Origin: Centroscyllium fabricii
Taxonomy: Eukaryota
Direction: 5' to 3'
Assembly (NCBI GenBank): GCA_051313645.2
Contig: JBNRSN020000003.1
Location: 509,206,001-509,270,000, forward strand
Length of the DNA stretch: 64,000 bases
Of this stretch, positions 1-12,328 are shown in pieces; within the stretch, counting starts at the first letter, position 1; each line of letters begins with the position of its first letter. The position numbers and the translations under genes were made by a program. The notes beneath the pieces were generated by a model, which was given only the letters and a program-made list of their open reading frames with translations, was not told the DNA's origin and made no database searches.

Positions 1-1130
1 GGGTTCCTGCCTCTACCACCCTTTCAGGCAGTGAGTTCCAGATTTCAACCACACTCTGGGTGAAAAAGTTCTTCCTCAAATCCCCTTTAAACCTCCCGCC
101 CCTTACCTTGAAACTATGCCCCCTTGTTACTGACCTCTCTACTAAGGGAAAAAGTTCCTTTCTATCTACCCTATCTATGCCCCTCATAATTTTGTGAATC
201 TCAATCAGGTCCCCCCTCATGCTTCTCTGCTCCAAGGAAAACAACCCCAGCCTGTCCAGTCTCTCTTCATAGCTGAAGCGCTCCAGCCCAGGTAACATCC
301 TGGTGAATCTCCTCTGCACCCTCTCCAAAGCAATCACATTCTTCCTATAGTGTGGCGACCAGAACTGCACACAGGAGTCCAACTGTGGCCTTACCAGCAT
401 TTTGTACAGCTCCATCATAACCTCCCTGCTCTTATATTCTACGCCTCGGCTGATGGCGGAGCAGGCTCGAGGGGCCAATTGGCCTACTCCTGCTCCTATT
501 TCTTATGTTCTTATGAAGGCAAGTATCCCATATGCCTTTTTAACCACCTTATCCACCTGTCCTGCCGCCTTCAGGAATCTATGTACATGCACACCAAGGT
601 CCCTCTGATCCTCTGTCTTTTCTAGGGTCTTACCATTCATTGTGTATTCCCTTGCCTTGTCAGTCCTCCCAAAATGCATCACCTCACACTTTTCAGAATT
701 AAATTCCGTTTGCCACTGTTCTGCCCATCTGACCAACCCATCTATATCGTCCTGTAGACTGAGGCTTCCCTCCTCGCTATTTACCACCCCACCAATTTTC
801 CTGTCATTTGCGAACTTACTGATCATGCCTTTTACATTCATATCCAAATCATTAATGTAGACTACAAACAGCAAGGGACCCAGCACTGATCCCTGCGGTA
901 CCCCACTGGATACAGGCTTCCAGTCACAAAAACAACCGTCGACCATCACCCTCTACCTTATGCCACTAAGCTAGTTTTGAATCCAATGTGCCACGGTGCC
1001 CTGGATCCCATGGGCTCTTACCTTCTTGACCAGTCTCCTATGCGGGACTTTATCAAAAGCCTTACTGAAATCCATGTATACCACATCCACTGCACCACCC
1101 TCATCGACACACCCAGTCACCCCCTCGACC
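1..1130 (-). mobile_element. CR1 LINE ORF2 3' fragment, with a short CR1 3' tail inserted at ~453-512 (+)
   Basis: ORF 503..949 has SGVPQGSVLGPLLFVVYINDLD...KFAND and FNSEKCEVMHFG, which are CR1 RT motifs. Confidence 0.9.
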
Positions 1131-1257
1131 TACACAATGATGCCAGAGTAGGCCAGGTGTTTTCTTTGTCAAGTCAACCAGTTACTTCCTGGACCAGAGG
1201 TGTCCAGGTTTTGTCTTCACGGGGCCTCAGAGACCACATACAACATTTAAATCCACA

Positions 1258-1652
1258 CACGGTGGCATAGTGGTTAGCACTGTTGTCTCACAGCACTGGA
1301 GACCCGGGTTCAAATCCAGCCTCGGATACTATCTGTGTGGAGTTTGCACATTCTCCCCGTGTCTGCGTGGGTTTCCTCCGGGTGCTCCGGTTTCCTCCCA
1401 CAGTCCAAAGATGTGCGGGTTAGGTTGATTGGCCATGATAAATTGACCCTTAGTGTTAGGGGGATTGAATATGTGGGGTTACGGGGATAGGGTGGGATAG
1501 GTGTCGGTGCAGGCTCGATAGGGATATGGGGACAAGGCAGGGACAGGGTGCTGGGTTTGGATGATCAGCCATGATCTCATTGAATGGCGGAGCAGGCTCG
1601 AAGGGCCGAATGGCCTACTCCTGCTCCTATCTTCTATGTTTCTATGTTTCTA
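1258..1652 (+). mobile_element. tRNA-derived V-SINE (HE1-like) with CR1-type 3' tail
   Basis: Pol III A/B boxes (TGGCATAGTGG, GGTTCAAATCC), V-domain GTGTGGAGTTTGCACATTCTCCCCGTGTCTGCGTGGGTTTCCTCCGGGTGCTCCGG, CR1 tail and (TTCTATGT)n end. Confidence 0.9.
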
Positions 1653-3260
1653 TTCACAACAGTTTGGAAATAAGAAATAAGCACAAGAAAGACTGAGTGG
1701 GCTGGATTGCCAGGGTTTAGGGCCACATGTTTAACAACCCTCCCAGGCTAATCTGTCTATTACTTAATTGGATATTCAAGACCACAAGGTGTGGATCAGT
1801 TTAGCTGATGCTGGTTTTGATCGACAACTCTACACCCAAGAGCTGTCCTGATATCCTTGAATCTATTTTGATTGAGTTTTGATTAATTGTTAAGAATATG
1901 TTTTTTTAATCTTCCTTTTTAACCACTTGCACATATAAATAAAAGTAAGAGCTGTAGTCAGACAGGGTGGCCTGTGTTCTTCAGTTTCTAATTTCACTAT
2001 GGTACCATATGGGTGGTGTGCTTAATGACTCAGTGAGCTTAATTTCTCAAGTAAAGCTTTTCATCACAGACTCGTGGTTAAAAATTATTGAAGAGAACTG
2101 CTAAAATTTTGAAAACTTATTTGTTTTGGAAGAGATAAATATAAAAGTTAAACGAGTAGTGTTTGCCAAGTCATTACTGTTTTTGTAATTCTTTTTAATA
2201 AACATGGATTAGGATTTTTTTTTAGCCTGAGCTGCACAGTCTGGCAGCACAATATATTTCACTGGTTTGAAGAAATCTGGCAGACACAGCCTTATTATTC
2301 TGGTACATACATACCCAGAGGGTAGAAATTCCCACTTGCTTACAACATGGGGAGAATCTCCTTGTCTTTACTGTGCCCTTGGTTAAGATGGAACTCTTTA
2401 TAGCAAAGGCCAAGAAATATATAACAAAGTGATAAAAGATTAAATTAATTTGTAGCTTTCCCTCTTTACCAAGTGTCCCTGCAATAGTACCTCGTGTCAT
2501 TAAAACATTCTGCTTAAACATGTGTAAGTTCAGGACTTTTATTCATAAGTCCCTCCAAACTTCAATGATGCTAAAACCCTTTGCAGAATTTGCAAGCTGT
2601 ATTAAGTTTTTAATGTGCATCGAAAATAAAAAAAAGTATTGCTGTTGTAAACATTTAGAAATATTTATATTTTGTAATGCATTCTAAGTGCAAAGTTTCA
2701 CTTGTCGGACAAAATATGCTGTCTTTGCAAAGAAAGCAACCTCCAGAAAAACTAATTTACAATTCTTTTTGGCAAAGTACTGTACTCTCACAAAAAGTTG
2801 AAAAGTTCATGCTTCACATTGTTTTGACGTTTTTAAGATACAAAATAAAACACACGTCTTTTGGTTACATTGTCTGCTCCTATAAAATTATTTCTGTGTT
2901 TTAATCTCATCAGCTCAGCTTCATTGCCAGATATGGACAGGAGAAGGCTTACAAAACAGCAAGTCCTACCACATTCTGGCTACCACCGACAGCTTGAGCC
3001 CATCCCAGGCCACCATTTTCACAGCCTCCCTATACAGCTAGCAGGGTCAGGGAAAATCCACAACCCGAAATGAAAGGCACAATTCACAAAATTGCACCCG
3101 TGCAGTTGTTCATCTGTTGCACGCTCCTGCTCTGGAATCTACCTCACAATATAAACAGGGCGAATTCCAGGTCACCAGTAACCAAGATAGAATGAACCAA
3201 ATTCCACTTTGAATATATAAACACTGCTTCAGACCCTTCCGAAATAACTCACAAAATTCC

Positions 3261-4478
3261 TGATGTGGAGGTGCCGGTGTTGGACTGGGGTGGACAAATG
3301 CAAGAAGTCACACAACACCAGGTTATCGTCCAACAGTTTTATTTTAAATCACAAGCTTTCGAAGCTTCTGCCCCTTCGTCAGGTGAAAGAGAAGCTGACT
3401 TAAAGAACGCACATATGACAGTTCGATCGACAGTTCCGACGGGCCACAACGAAAAATCACATAGACCTCCTCAGAAGACGACCACGGGACACAACCAACA
3501 GAGTACCCTTTGTCGTCCAGTACTTCCCCGGAGCGGAGAAACTGCGCCATGTTCTTCGCAGCCTTCAACATGTCATTGATGACGACGAACACCTCGCTAA
3601 GGCCATTCCCACGCCTCCACTACTCGCCTTCAAACAGCCACCTAACCTCAAACAGACCATCGTTCGCAGCAAATTACCCAGCCTTCAGGGGAACAGCAAC
3701 CACGACACCACACAACCCTGCCACAGCAACCTCTGCAAAACGTGCCAAATCATCAGCACAGATACCATCATCACACGTGAGGACACCACACACCAGGTAC
3801 ATGGTACATACTCATGTAACTCGACCAACATTGTCTACCTCATACGTTGCAGGAAAGGATGCCCCGGTACATCGGCGAGACCATGCAGACACTTAGACAA
3901 TGGATGAACGGACACCGCACAACAATTGCCAGGCAGGAGTGTTCCCTCCCAGTCGGGGAACATTTCAGCAGTGAAGGACATTCAGCCTCTGATCTTTGGG
4001 TAAGCATTCTCCAAGGTGGCCTTCGAGACACACGACAACGCAAAATCGTCGAGCAGAGGCTGATAGCCAAATTCCGCACCCATGAGGACGGTCTCAACCG
4101 TGATATTGGCTTCATGTCACGCTACATGTGACCCTGCCTGACGTAGAGTCATCCAGACTAGAGACATCTTTGTCTTGCAAGGAAATTCCTTTTTTTTTTT
4201 TTTTTTAAAGTCATTCTGTGTGTTTTGCAGCATTTGACCCCTTGTGACTGTGCCTCATTGATCTCAGACTGATGTGTTAAAATATGTTAATACGCCTTTG
4301 TGTGCTCTGTCTATCTCTGCTAAGGTGAGATGTGGGAGATCAGATTTCTCTCTTCCTCCCATATGTGCGTTCTTTAAGTCAGTCTCTCATTCACCCGACG
4401 AAGGGGCAGAAGCTCCGAAAGCTTGTGATTTAAAATAAAACTGTTGGACTATAACCTGGTGTTGTGTGACTTCTTGCA
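3261..4478 (+). mobile_element. 5'-truncated Penelope-like element: inverted pLTR plus tail, GIY-YIG endonuclease remnant, 3' pLTR
   Basis: ORF 3847..4131 (YIGETMQTLRQWMNGHR...EQRLIAKFRTHEDGLNRD) is GIY-YIG-like. 3297-3418 recurs inverted at ~4360-4478. Flanked by ACAA(A/C)ATTCCTGA duplication. Confidence 0.85.
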
Positions 4479-5935
4479 CAACATTCCTGACATTGTTTAC
4501 AAACTGACTACCTAACCAGATCTTTTTTTAAATGAAGTAACTCATCCTCTGTTTCAGCTGACTTTCCTTTTTCTGCATGCACAATGTTGCTCGTCTGCAC
4601 CTAATCTCATCTCATTCACATTACCATTCGCATTCTCTGTCTGTTGCGTGCCAATTGCCACTTCCTTAGCCTCATCTCCTTGAACACCTAATTTCACGGG
4701 TCACCGCCTTTGTACCTTTGCTCCCCCTCACACCTTGCGTTACATCGCACTATCAACTCCTCCCCCTCCCTTTGCTCATCTGCCCCAAGCCTAAAAGAGG
4801 CCACCCAAAAACCCAAATGTCACTTCTCATCTTGAACCCGGCCATCCTCCAGTGTATATGGTAAAACTACAGTCAGTACCTGTTACCACACTAGAGCACA
4901 CCATGCTGATCCAATACTTCACTTTATATCAGCGACACAGTGGCAATTTTGAAGGGAAAAAAAATCGACAAAGAGGTAATATTAGAACCCGTGGCTGCAA
5001 TGAAAAATTGAACTGTGACCATTAGACAAGACACATGAATTCAAACTAGCAAAAGGCAAATTTAGGACCGATCTCAGAGTACTTTTGCACACAGAGTGGA
5101 ATGGACTTCTGGGTAAGGTAGTGGAGGCAAAAAAAACTGGCATCATTTTAGAAATGGCTGGATGCGGTGATGGAGGACTGTAGGTCCTTTCTGGCTGGAT
5201 GTGGTGTTGAGGGAATTGTAGATCATTACGAATTTTTGGCTGTTACTCTCCATCAGTGATCAGACCGAGGCCTGAAACATAGCTGCAGGCCTGCGAATCC
5301 TGCAGTTCAACCTCCCTTTCCTACCCCTTCTGCCAGCGTTAGGCCCTGCAAGTAGGCAGGCCTGCAGTTGGCAGCCCCCAGGCCTGGGAGAGACTATCCC
5401 AGAATTCCAGGGTCTCGACAGAAGGTGTACTGCTCCACTCCAGCACTGGGGTAGGTGGGATGGGCAGGAAAATCAGTCCTTCTGTAATTCAGACAGCAAA
5501 AATAACAGATTAACAGGCAAATTAACAGATTAGAGGCGTTCTCACACTGCAGTGAAGCACTGTTCTCCCCTCTTCTTACCATGGATCACCTGGATATGGA
5601 AGCTACTTTTGGGAAGGCAGAGAATGAGGATTAAAAAAAGAACAGAATTGAGGAAACTTCCTTTTTGTGTTTTAGAGACTCATGCCACCTCAAAAGGGAC
5701 TCAAACTACAGGTACAATATTTTACTTGTATTCAGGGAGCAATTGACCCATTTGAGTGAGTTAAGTGTACATTTGAATAATCTGAATACAAGTCTGACAG
5801 AGCACATCACAACTCATGTTCTCAACCTCACAGTTTGAGCATTGTCATGATGTGGAGATGCCAGTGTTGGACTGGGGTGGACAAATGTAAGAAGTCACAC
5901 AACACCAGGTTATAGTCCAACAGCTTTATTTCAAA

Positions 5936-5972
5936 TCACAAGCTTTCGGAGCGCTGCCCCTTCGTCAGGTGA
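5936..5972 (-). ncRNA. Minimal hammerhead ribozyme motif (sense in the SETD1B pre-mRNA)
   Basis: Reverse complement reads TCACCTGACGAAGGGGCAGCGCTCCGAAAGCTTGTGA. Confidence 0.7.
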
Positions 5973-6121
5973 AGTGAAGAGCTGGATATAGGCACAGCAT
6001 ATATAGTCAGAGAACACTGCCAGATGATTACAGGTAATCCTTCGAACTGCCCTTTATTACCTGTAATCATCTGGCAGTGTTCTCTGACTATATATGCTGT
6101 GCCTATATGCAGCTCTTCACT

Positions 6122-6158
6122 TCACCTGACGAAGGAGCAGCGCTCCGAAAGCTTGTGA
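6122..6158 (+). ncRNA. Minimal type I hammerhead ribozyme motif
   Basis: TCAC-CTGACGA-A-GGAGC-AGC-GCTCC-GAAA-GCTT-GTGA: stem I, CUGANGA core, stem II, GAAA, and palindromic AAGCTT stem III, as described for Penelope-like element ribozymes. Confidence 0.75.
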
Positions 6159-6353
6159 TTTCAAATAAAGCTGTTGGACTTTCACCTGGTGTGGTGTGAC
6201 TTCTTACATTTGAGCATTGTTAGGTTCTTCACTGAGCCTGGTCACAATAAAACATGGCTAAAGCCAAGTACAAGAGTTTTAAATAAAACCAGGAAATGCT
6301 GAAAGTACTCAGCAGGTCAGGCAGCATCTGTGGCGCGAGAAACAGAGTTTTTG

Positions 6354-7260
6354 TGGGGGGGATTTTCGGAGGGCCGTGAGAGCGGGTTTCCAGCGGGGTG
6401 GGGGTAAAAACAAAAATCACAATTCCGGCGGGCGGGAAGCCACCCCACCGGATCCCCGCCCATTTGCGATTTCCCTCGGGTGGGTTTTGCCACCCCGAAT
6501 GTTTCCCGCCGGCTGCGATGCAGAATGAGCTCATTGAGGGCCCTTAATTGGATGGGTAATCCTATTTTAAGGGCCCTCAGCTATTTTAACCCTCTTCCCA
6601 CCCAAACCCGCCTGGTGGGAACCCCACCGTTGAAAGGTGGCGGGCACCCAATCGGCTGGGTGACTGCCACCTTCCAGGCATGGGCACAGTAGGTACACAG
6701 CAGCTTGCTAGCCTCCACCATGCTGGAGGTGCAGCTGCCACCCAAGGGTGGGAAATGCAGTGCCCCAAAAAGCTTAAATCACTTACCTTCTTCTGCGTCC
6801 CTGCCATTCATAGACATCGCGCTGCGAGCTGTGTCTGTGTGAGCCAAGCTGTCAATCATCCAGGGGATCAGTTTCTGTTTACATTCCATTGAAACCACAG
6901 TGAGTCACATGAAGGGTTTGCTTTGTGGTTTCAATGTGTACTTTGGGCTTTGACAGTTCAATGCTGTGTCAACATTGAAAGAAAGGAACCACTTGAGAAC
7001 TGTCAATCAGGCTTAGTGGTTTCTTACTACTGAAACTCTTCAGGCCTGTCAATCAACAGCCCCCCCACTCAATCGGTGAATGGACCGCGCAGCCATCCAC
7101 ACTCAAAAGTGTGTATTGGAAACCGAGCAGACCGACGGGGATTTAATTGGCCACTTGAGGCAAAATCGTTCGGGCCTCCCAGGTCCTTGGGCGGGCGGGA
7201 CAGAAAGCTGACCCGCCCAAAACCCGACAGCTTCCCACACCTTTGTAAAAATCCCCCCCA
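6354..7260. mobile_element. Harbinger-type MITE
   Basis: Terminal inverted repeats TGGGGGGGATTTT / AAAATCCCCCCCA and subterminal AGGGCCCT palindromes. The host sequence resumes after the insertion. Confidence 0.75.
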
Positions 7261-8387
7261 ATGTTTCAAGTCGATGATCTTTCGTCAGAACTGAAAAAAG
7301 TTAGAGATGTAACAGATTTTAAGCAAATGCAGGGGCAGGGAAAGAGGAAGGGGGAGGAAAGAACAAAACGGAAGGTCTGTGATAGGGTTGAAGGCAGGAG
7401 TGATTAAATGACACAAGGTATGATTGTACAAAGCAAAAGGAGATGGTAATGGGACAGATAAAGAAACAAAAAATGGATCTAGAAGAGGTGTAACTGGGAA
7501 TGGCAGAATCATCAACAGCTGCCATCTGAAAAAATTGGGGCCGAGGTTATAATCTGAAATTGTTGAACTCGATGTTGAGTCAAGAAGGCTGTAAAGTACC
7601 TAAGAGAAAGATGAGGTGCTGTTCCTCGAGCTTATGTTGAGCTTTATTGGAACAATGTAAGAGGCCGAGGACTGAGATGTCAGAGTGGGAGTGGAGCGGA
7701 GAATTAAAGTGACAGGTGACCGGAAGCTCGGGGTCACGCTTACAGACTGAACAGAGGTATTCCACAAATTGGTCATCTAATCTGCGTTTGGTCTCGCTGA
7801 TGTTGAGGGGACCGCATCGTGAGCAGCAAATACAGTATACTAAATTGCAAGTAGTACAAGTAAATCGCTGTTTTACCTGGAAGGAGTGTTTGGGGCCCTG
7901 GACAGTGGGAAGGGAGGAGATAAAAAGGCAGGTGTAGCATCTCCTGCGTTTGCACGGAAAGGTGCCGTGGGAGAGGGTGTTGGGGCTGATTGAGGAGTGG
8001 ATTAGGGTGTCACGCAGGGAGCAGTCCCTTAGGAATGCTAAAAGGGGAGGGGAGAAGATGTGTTTAGTGGTGGGATCACGCTGGAGGTGGCAGAAATGGT
8101 GGAGGATGATCCGTTGAATGTGGATGCCAGTGGGGTGACAGGTGAAGACCAGGGGAACCCTCTCGTGGTTCTGGGAGGGAGGGAAGAGGTGAGAGCAGAA
8201 GTGCGGGCAATGGAACAGACATGGTCAAGGGCCATGTCAACCATGACAGAGGGGAATCCTCAGTTAAGGAAAACAGGAAGCTATATCGGAAGCACTAGTA
8301 TGGAAGGTGGCATTGTCAGAACAGATGCGACGGAGACAGAGAAACTGGGAGAATGGCAGAGAATCCTTACAGGAAGCAGGGCGGGAG

Positions 8388-8851
8388 GAATTCCTGGGAT
8401 AGGGGGATTGTCCTATGAGGATTGAGTTGACTCGGCCTACATTCTCTCGAGTTTAGAAGATTGAGAGGTGATCTCACTGAAACATACAAAATTCTTACAG
8501 GGCTTGACAGGGTAGATGCAGGGAGATGTTTCCCCTGGCTGGGGAGTCTAGGACCAGAGGTCACAGTCTCAGAATAAGGGGTCGGCCATTTAGGACTGAG
8601 ATGAGGAGAAATTTCTTCACTCAGAGGGTGGTGAATCTTTGGAATTCTCTATCGCAGAGCGCTGTGGAGGCTCAGTCGTATATTCAAGACAGAGACTGAT
8701 AGATTTTTTGGACATTAAGGGAATCAAGGTATATGGGGATAGTGCAGGAAAGTGGAGTTGATGTAGAAGATCAGCCATCACCTTATTGAATGGCGGAGCA
8801 GGCTCGAGGGGCTGAATGGCCTACTCATACTCCTATTTCTTATGTTCTTAT
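8388..8851 (+). mobile_element. CR1 3' end inserted in the Penelope element
   Basis: Encodes ...LEFRRLRGDLTETYKIL..., followed by the CR1 3' UTR ending TTCTTATGTTCTTAT. Confidence 0.9.
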
Positions 8852-10643
8852 AGTGAACGTTTGTTGATGGCCTATCCCCAGAAATGGAGACAGAGAAGTC
8901 AAGGAAGGGAAGTGAAGAGTCCGAGATCGACCATGTGAAAGTGAGGGAAGGGGGGAAATTGGAAACAAAGTGAATGAAATTTTCTATTTCAGGGCGGAAG
9001 CAGGAAACGGCACCAATACAGTCATCAATGTACCGGAAAAAGTGAGGGAGGGGACCCGAGTAGGACTGGAACAAAGAACGTTCCATGTATCTCACGAAAA
9101 GGCAGGCATAGCTGGGACCCGTGCGAGTTCCCATAGCAACACCTTTAATTTGGAGGAAGTGAGTGGAGTCAAAGGAGAAGTTGTTCAATGTGAGAACAAG
9201 TTCAGCCAGGTGGAGGAGGGTGGTGGTGGATACAAACTGGTTGGGCCTCTGTTCAAGGAAGAAGCAGAGCGCCATCAGGCCATCCTGGTGGGGGATGGAG
9301 GTGTAGAGGGATTGTACTTCCAGTGAAAAGGAGACGGTTAGGGCCAGGAAACTGGAAACTGCTAAAGTGGCGGAGGGCATCCGAAGAGCCGCGAATGTAG
9401 TTGGGAAGAGACTGGACAAGGAGAAAAAAAGAGTTGAGATATGAAGAAATCAGTTCCGTGGGGCAAGAGGTAGACAGTCCTGTTTGTGGATCTTGGGAAG
9501 GAGGTAGCAGCAGGCTGTGCGGGGTTGGCGAACTGGGAGGTTGGCAGTTGTGGAGGAAAAATCTCCAGAGGAGATGAGGCCAGTGATAGTCTTGGAAATG
9601 ATGGCTTGATGTTCGGTAGAGGGGTCATGGTCGAGGGGGAGGTGGGAGGAGGTGTCAGGGAGTTGGCGTGCAGCCTCTGCATGGTAGAGGTTGGTTCGTC
9701 AAACAACACCACCCTTGTTAGCAGGTTTAATGACAATGTTGGGGTTGGATCTGAGAGAATGGAGTGCTGCAAGTTCAGAGGGAGGTAGGTTGGAGTGAGT
9801 GAGGTAGGTTTAAGTGAGTGAGGGGAGCAGAGAAATTGAGTCAGCCGATGTCGCGTCGGCAGTTAGCAATGATCTAGAGATATTAAAGGCCAGAGGGAGG
9901 GGGTCCAGGTAGAACGAGAATTCTGTAAACGGGAGAAAGGGTCAGCTGTGCAGGGGGAAGCTGGCCAAAGAAGTGGGCACGGAGACGAAGGCGACGGAGA
10001 AAGAGCTCAGCATCCTGCTGAGCTCGAAATTCATTGAGGTGGGGGCATAAGGGGATGAAGCTCAGGCCTTTGCTGAGGACTGATCGTTCGGGGTCAGAGA
10101 GGGGAAGGTCAGAGGCGATAATGGAAACAAGAGTTTTTTCTCAGCTTGTCCAGTCTCTTCCCACCTACATCCGCGACTCTTCTGACACCTGACACCACTT
10201 TAACAGTTTACAGTTTCCTGGCCCCAACTGTCTCCTTTTCACTATGGACGTCCAATCCCTCTACAACAGAGTTTTACTGTATTCTAGTTTGTTTTTGAGC
10301 GTTTTCCCCCTCCTTTTCTCATGGTGCCGACTCTTGCTGCGATACGGGACCACCTTTCACTACTTCATCCAAAAAGCCATTTCTCACGTGTGTGCCTACA
10401 ATGCGAGTGTGGGCAGGCTTTCATCTTTGGAGGCACGACAGCCCACATTCTTGTTCTCACCCGATTTCCACACATGCGCACGTTCCAGAAGAGGAGTGCT
10501 AAATGGTAATCACAGATTTCCGTCCTCCTCCCCAGCCCAGGGGCACTGAGGCTAGTTGTACTGCCGTGACTGAAATCAGTTAACTCAGTATAGGCCACAA
10601 ATCAAATTTGGGGTATAGTATTACATTGAGTGCTGCCTTTACA

Positions 10644-10812
10644 AGGTGCTACAAAAAATATTTTTGGGCAAGTGGATTTCTAAAACACTTGCCCAAATAC
10701 AAATTTCACTTGCCTGAAATTTTTAAATAAATAAATAAAGATTTTACATTTTTATTAAAATGCTTCAATATAAAGCCATAGATTGTGATTGTAGTTAGTG
10801 TACCTTTTAGGT
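10644..10812 (+). mobile_element. Terminal fragment of the CAGGG-ended DNA element family
   Basis: Matches 31257-31425 and 57132-57305 (GGGCAAGTGGATTTCTAAAACACTTGCCC...CCATAGATTGTGATTGT). Confidence 0.7.
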
Positions 10813-10904
10813 CTGCCATCAATCTTGGCCATTACTGATCTGGTATAGGTTAAAAAACCAGTTTGGAGACAGATACACTGAAGAATATGTATTGCTACAA
10901 CTAT

Positions 10905-11285
10905 TGGACCTGATTGAGGTGTACAAAATTATGAGGGGCATAGATAGGGTAGATAGAAAGGAACTTTTTCCCTTAGTAGAGGGGTTAATAACCAGGGAGC
11001 ATAGTTTCAAGGAAAGGGGCAGGAGGTTTAGGGGGGATTTGAGGAGGAACTTTTTCACCCAGAGGGTGGTTGGAATCTGGAACTCACTGCCTGAAAGGGT
11101 GGTAGAGGCAGGAACCCGCACAACATTCAAGAAGCATTTGGATGAGCACTTGAAATGCCATAGCATAAAAGGCTATGGACCAAATGCTGGAAAATGGGAT
11201 TAGAATAGAAAGGGTTTGATGGCCGGCGCGGACACGATGGACCGAAGGGCCTCTTTCTGTGCTGTAAAACGCTATGACTCTATAC
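10905..11285 (+). mobile_element. CR1 3' fragment
   Basis: Encodes DLIEVYKIMRGIDRVD...NFFTQRVVGIWNSLPE, followed by the 3' UTR. Confidence 0.9.
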
Positions 11286-12328
11286 TTTGTAAAAACAAAT
11301 ATTGGGTAATGATGGATGGCAGGAAGCTATGACAGTACTTGACATGCAGGATTCTGATGATGTAATAAACTGCAACCACAGGTTTAAACATCAGAACTAT
11401 TTAATTCAGGTATTTATTGGCTGGCCATCTGTTATTTTTGTACTATATTTTTGTATCATAAGTACTATAACAGTGTGCCCAGCCCGGCACTCACCAATTA
11501 GCCTCCACACTTCCTCTACGCTCGTTGAACCCGGGATTGCCCCGACACACACTCCCCAAGCAGCAGCAGCTCCACCCCGCCAGAGGAGCAGCGCCAACCC
11601 CCGGCCCCAACCGGGGCCCGCTATTCGACTGCGGTGCCTGGCCGAATGACCAACGGAGAGCGCGGCTTCACCCTGCGGCCCACTTCTTCATCGCTGCTCG
11701 CCGCCTCTTCATCGCAGTTGCTTCACTCCGCCTACACGTGCTCCTATCTTCTATGATCCCAGGTTCTACTCCTAGTCTGTTGAGCCGGCTGATTTCAGCT
11801 GGTGCAACAGTGTTGGGGTGGGCTACAATTGGCCTCAGCTCCCCATGGACTAAGAGGGTCACAATCATACCAAGTTACCCCCGCACCCCCCCAACTCTGA
11901 TTGCTATCTAGTAACAGCTGCTGCCAAGTCTTCTTGACTGGACGTTGGGACAAGATCAGACTCTGGTGCCTCCCTCTCTCCCCTCCCCTCCTTCCCCCCC
12001 CGCCCCCCTCCGTGCCCCCCTCCTCCCCCCCCGTGCCCCCCTCCACCCGATTAGCCTGAAGAATAACCTCTGGGGTAAGGTGCTACGGAGCTGAGACCGA
12101 GCAGGAGTCTGCAGCTTCAGCAGAGGAGGGGCGAGCATATTGTTAAAAACACACACCAGGACAGCAGAATAACCTATAATAAGCTTTGCAGGCTGTGACC
12201 CTGCGGCCCCCCTCTTAACCCTGCGGTCGGCCCCCCTCTTCACCCCGCGGCCGGCCGGTCCGCCTCTTTACCCCGCGGCCGGCCTCTTCATCGCCGCCTG
12301 GCTGCGCGCGCACACCCTCAGCGCTATT

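Larger units (their letters stand above)
5848..6212. mobile_element. Fold-back non-autonomous Penelope-derived element
   Basis: Arms ~5883-6038 and ~6056-6212 are near-perfect inverted repeats. A ~35-nt tail is present on one side only. TTTGAGCATTGT is duplicated at the flanks. Confidence 0.85.
6275..10140 (-). mobile_element. Decayed Penelope-like retroelement (RT plus GIY-YIG), interrupted by a MITE and a CR1 fragment
   Basis: ORF 8778..9419 has SLYTSIPHQDG, QIKGVAMGTRTGPSYACLF and FFRYIDD. ORF 7580..7765 has PVTCHFNS...KLEEQHLIFLLGTLQP. A hammerhead-like CTGACGAAAGATCATCGACTTGAAAC lies in the 3' region (~7262-7290, minus). Confidence 0.9.

Noticed and set aside
1258-1330. tRNA genes at the SINE heads (also ~12650-12722, ~28950-29021, ~51190)
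   Set aside because: A/B boxes run directly into SINE bodies, and no complete cloverleaf is evident.
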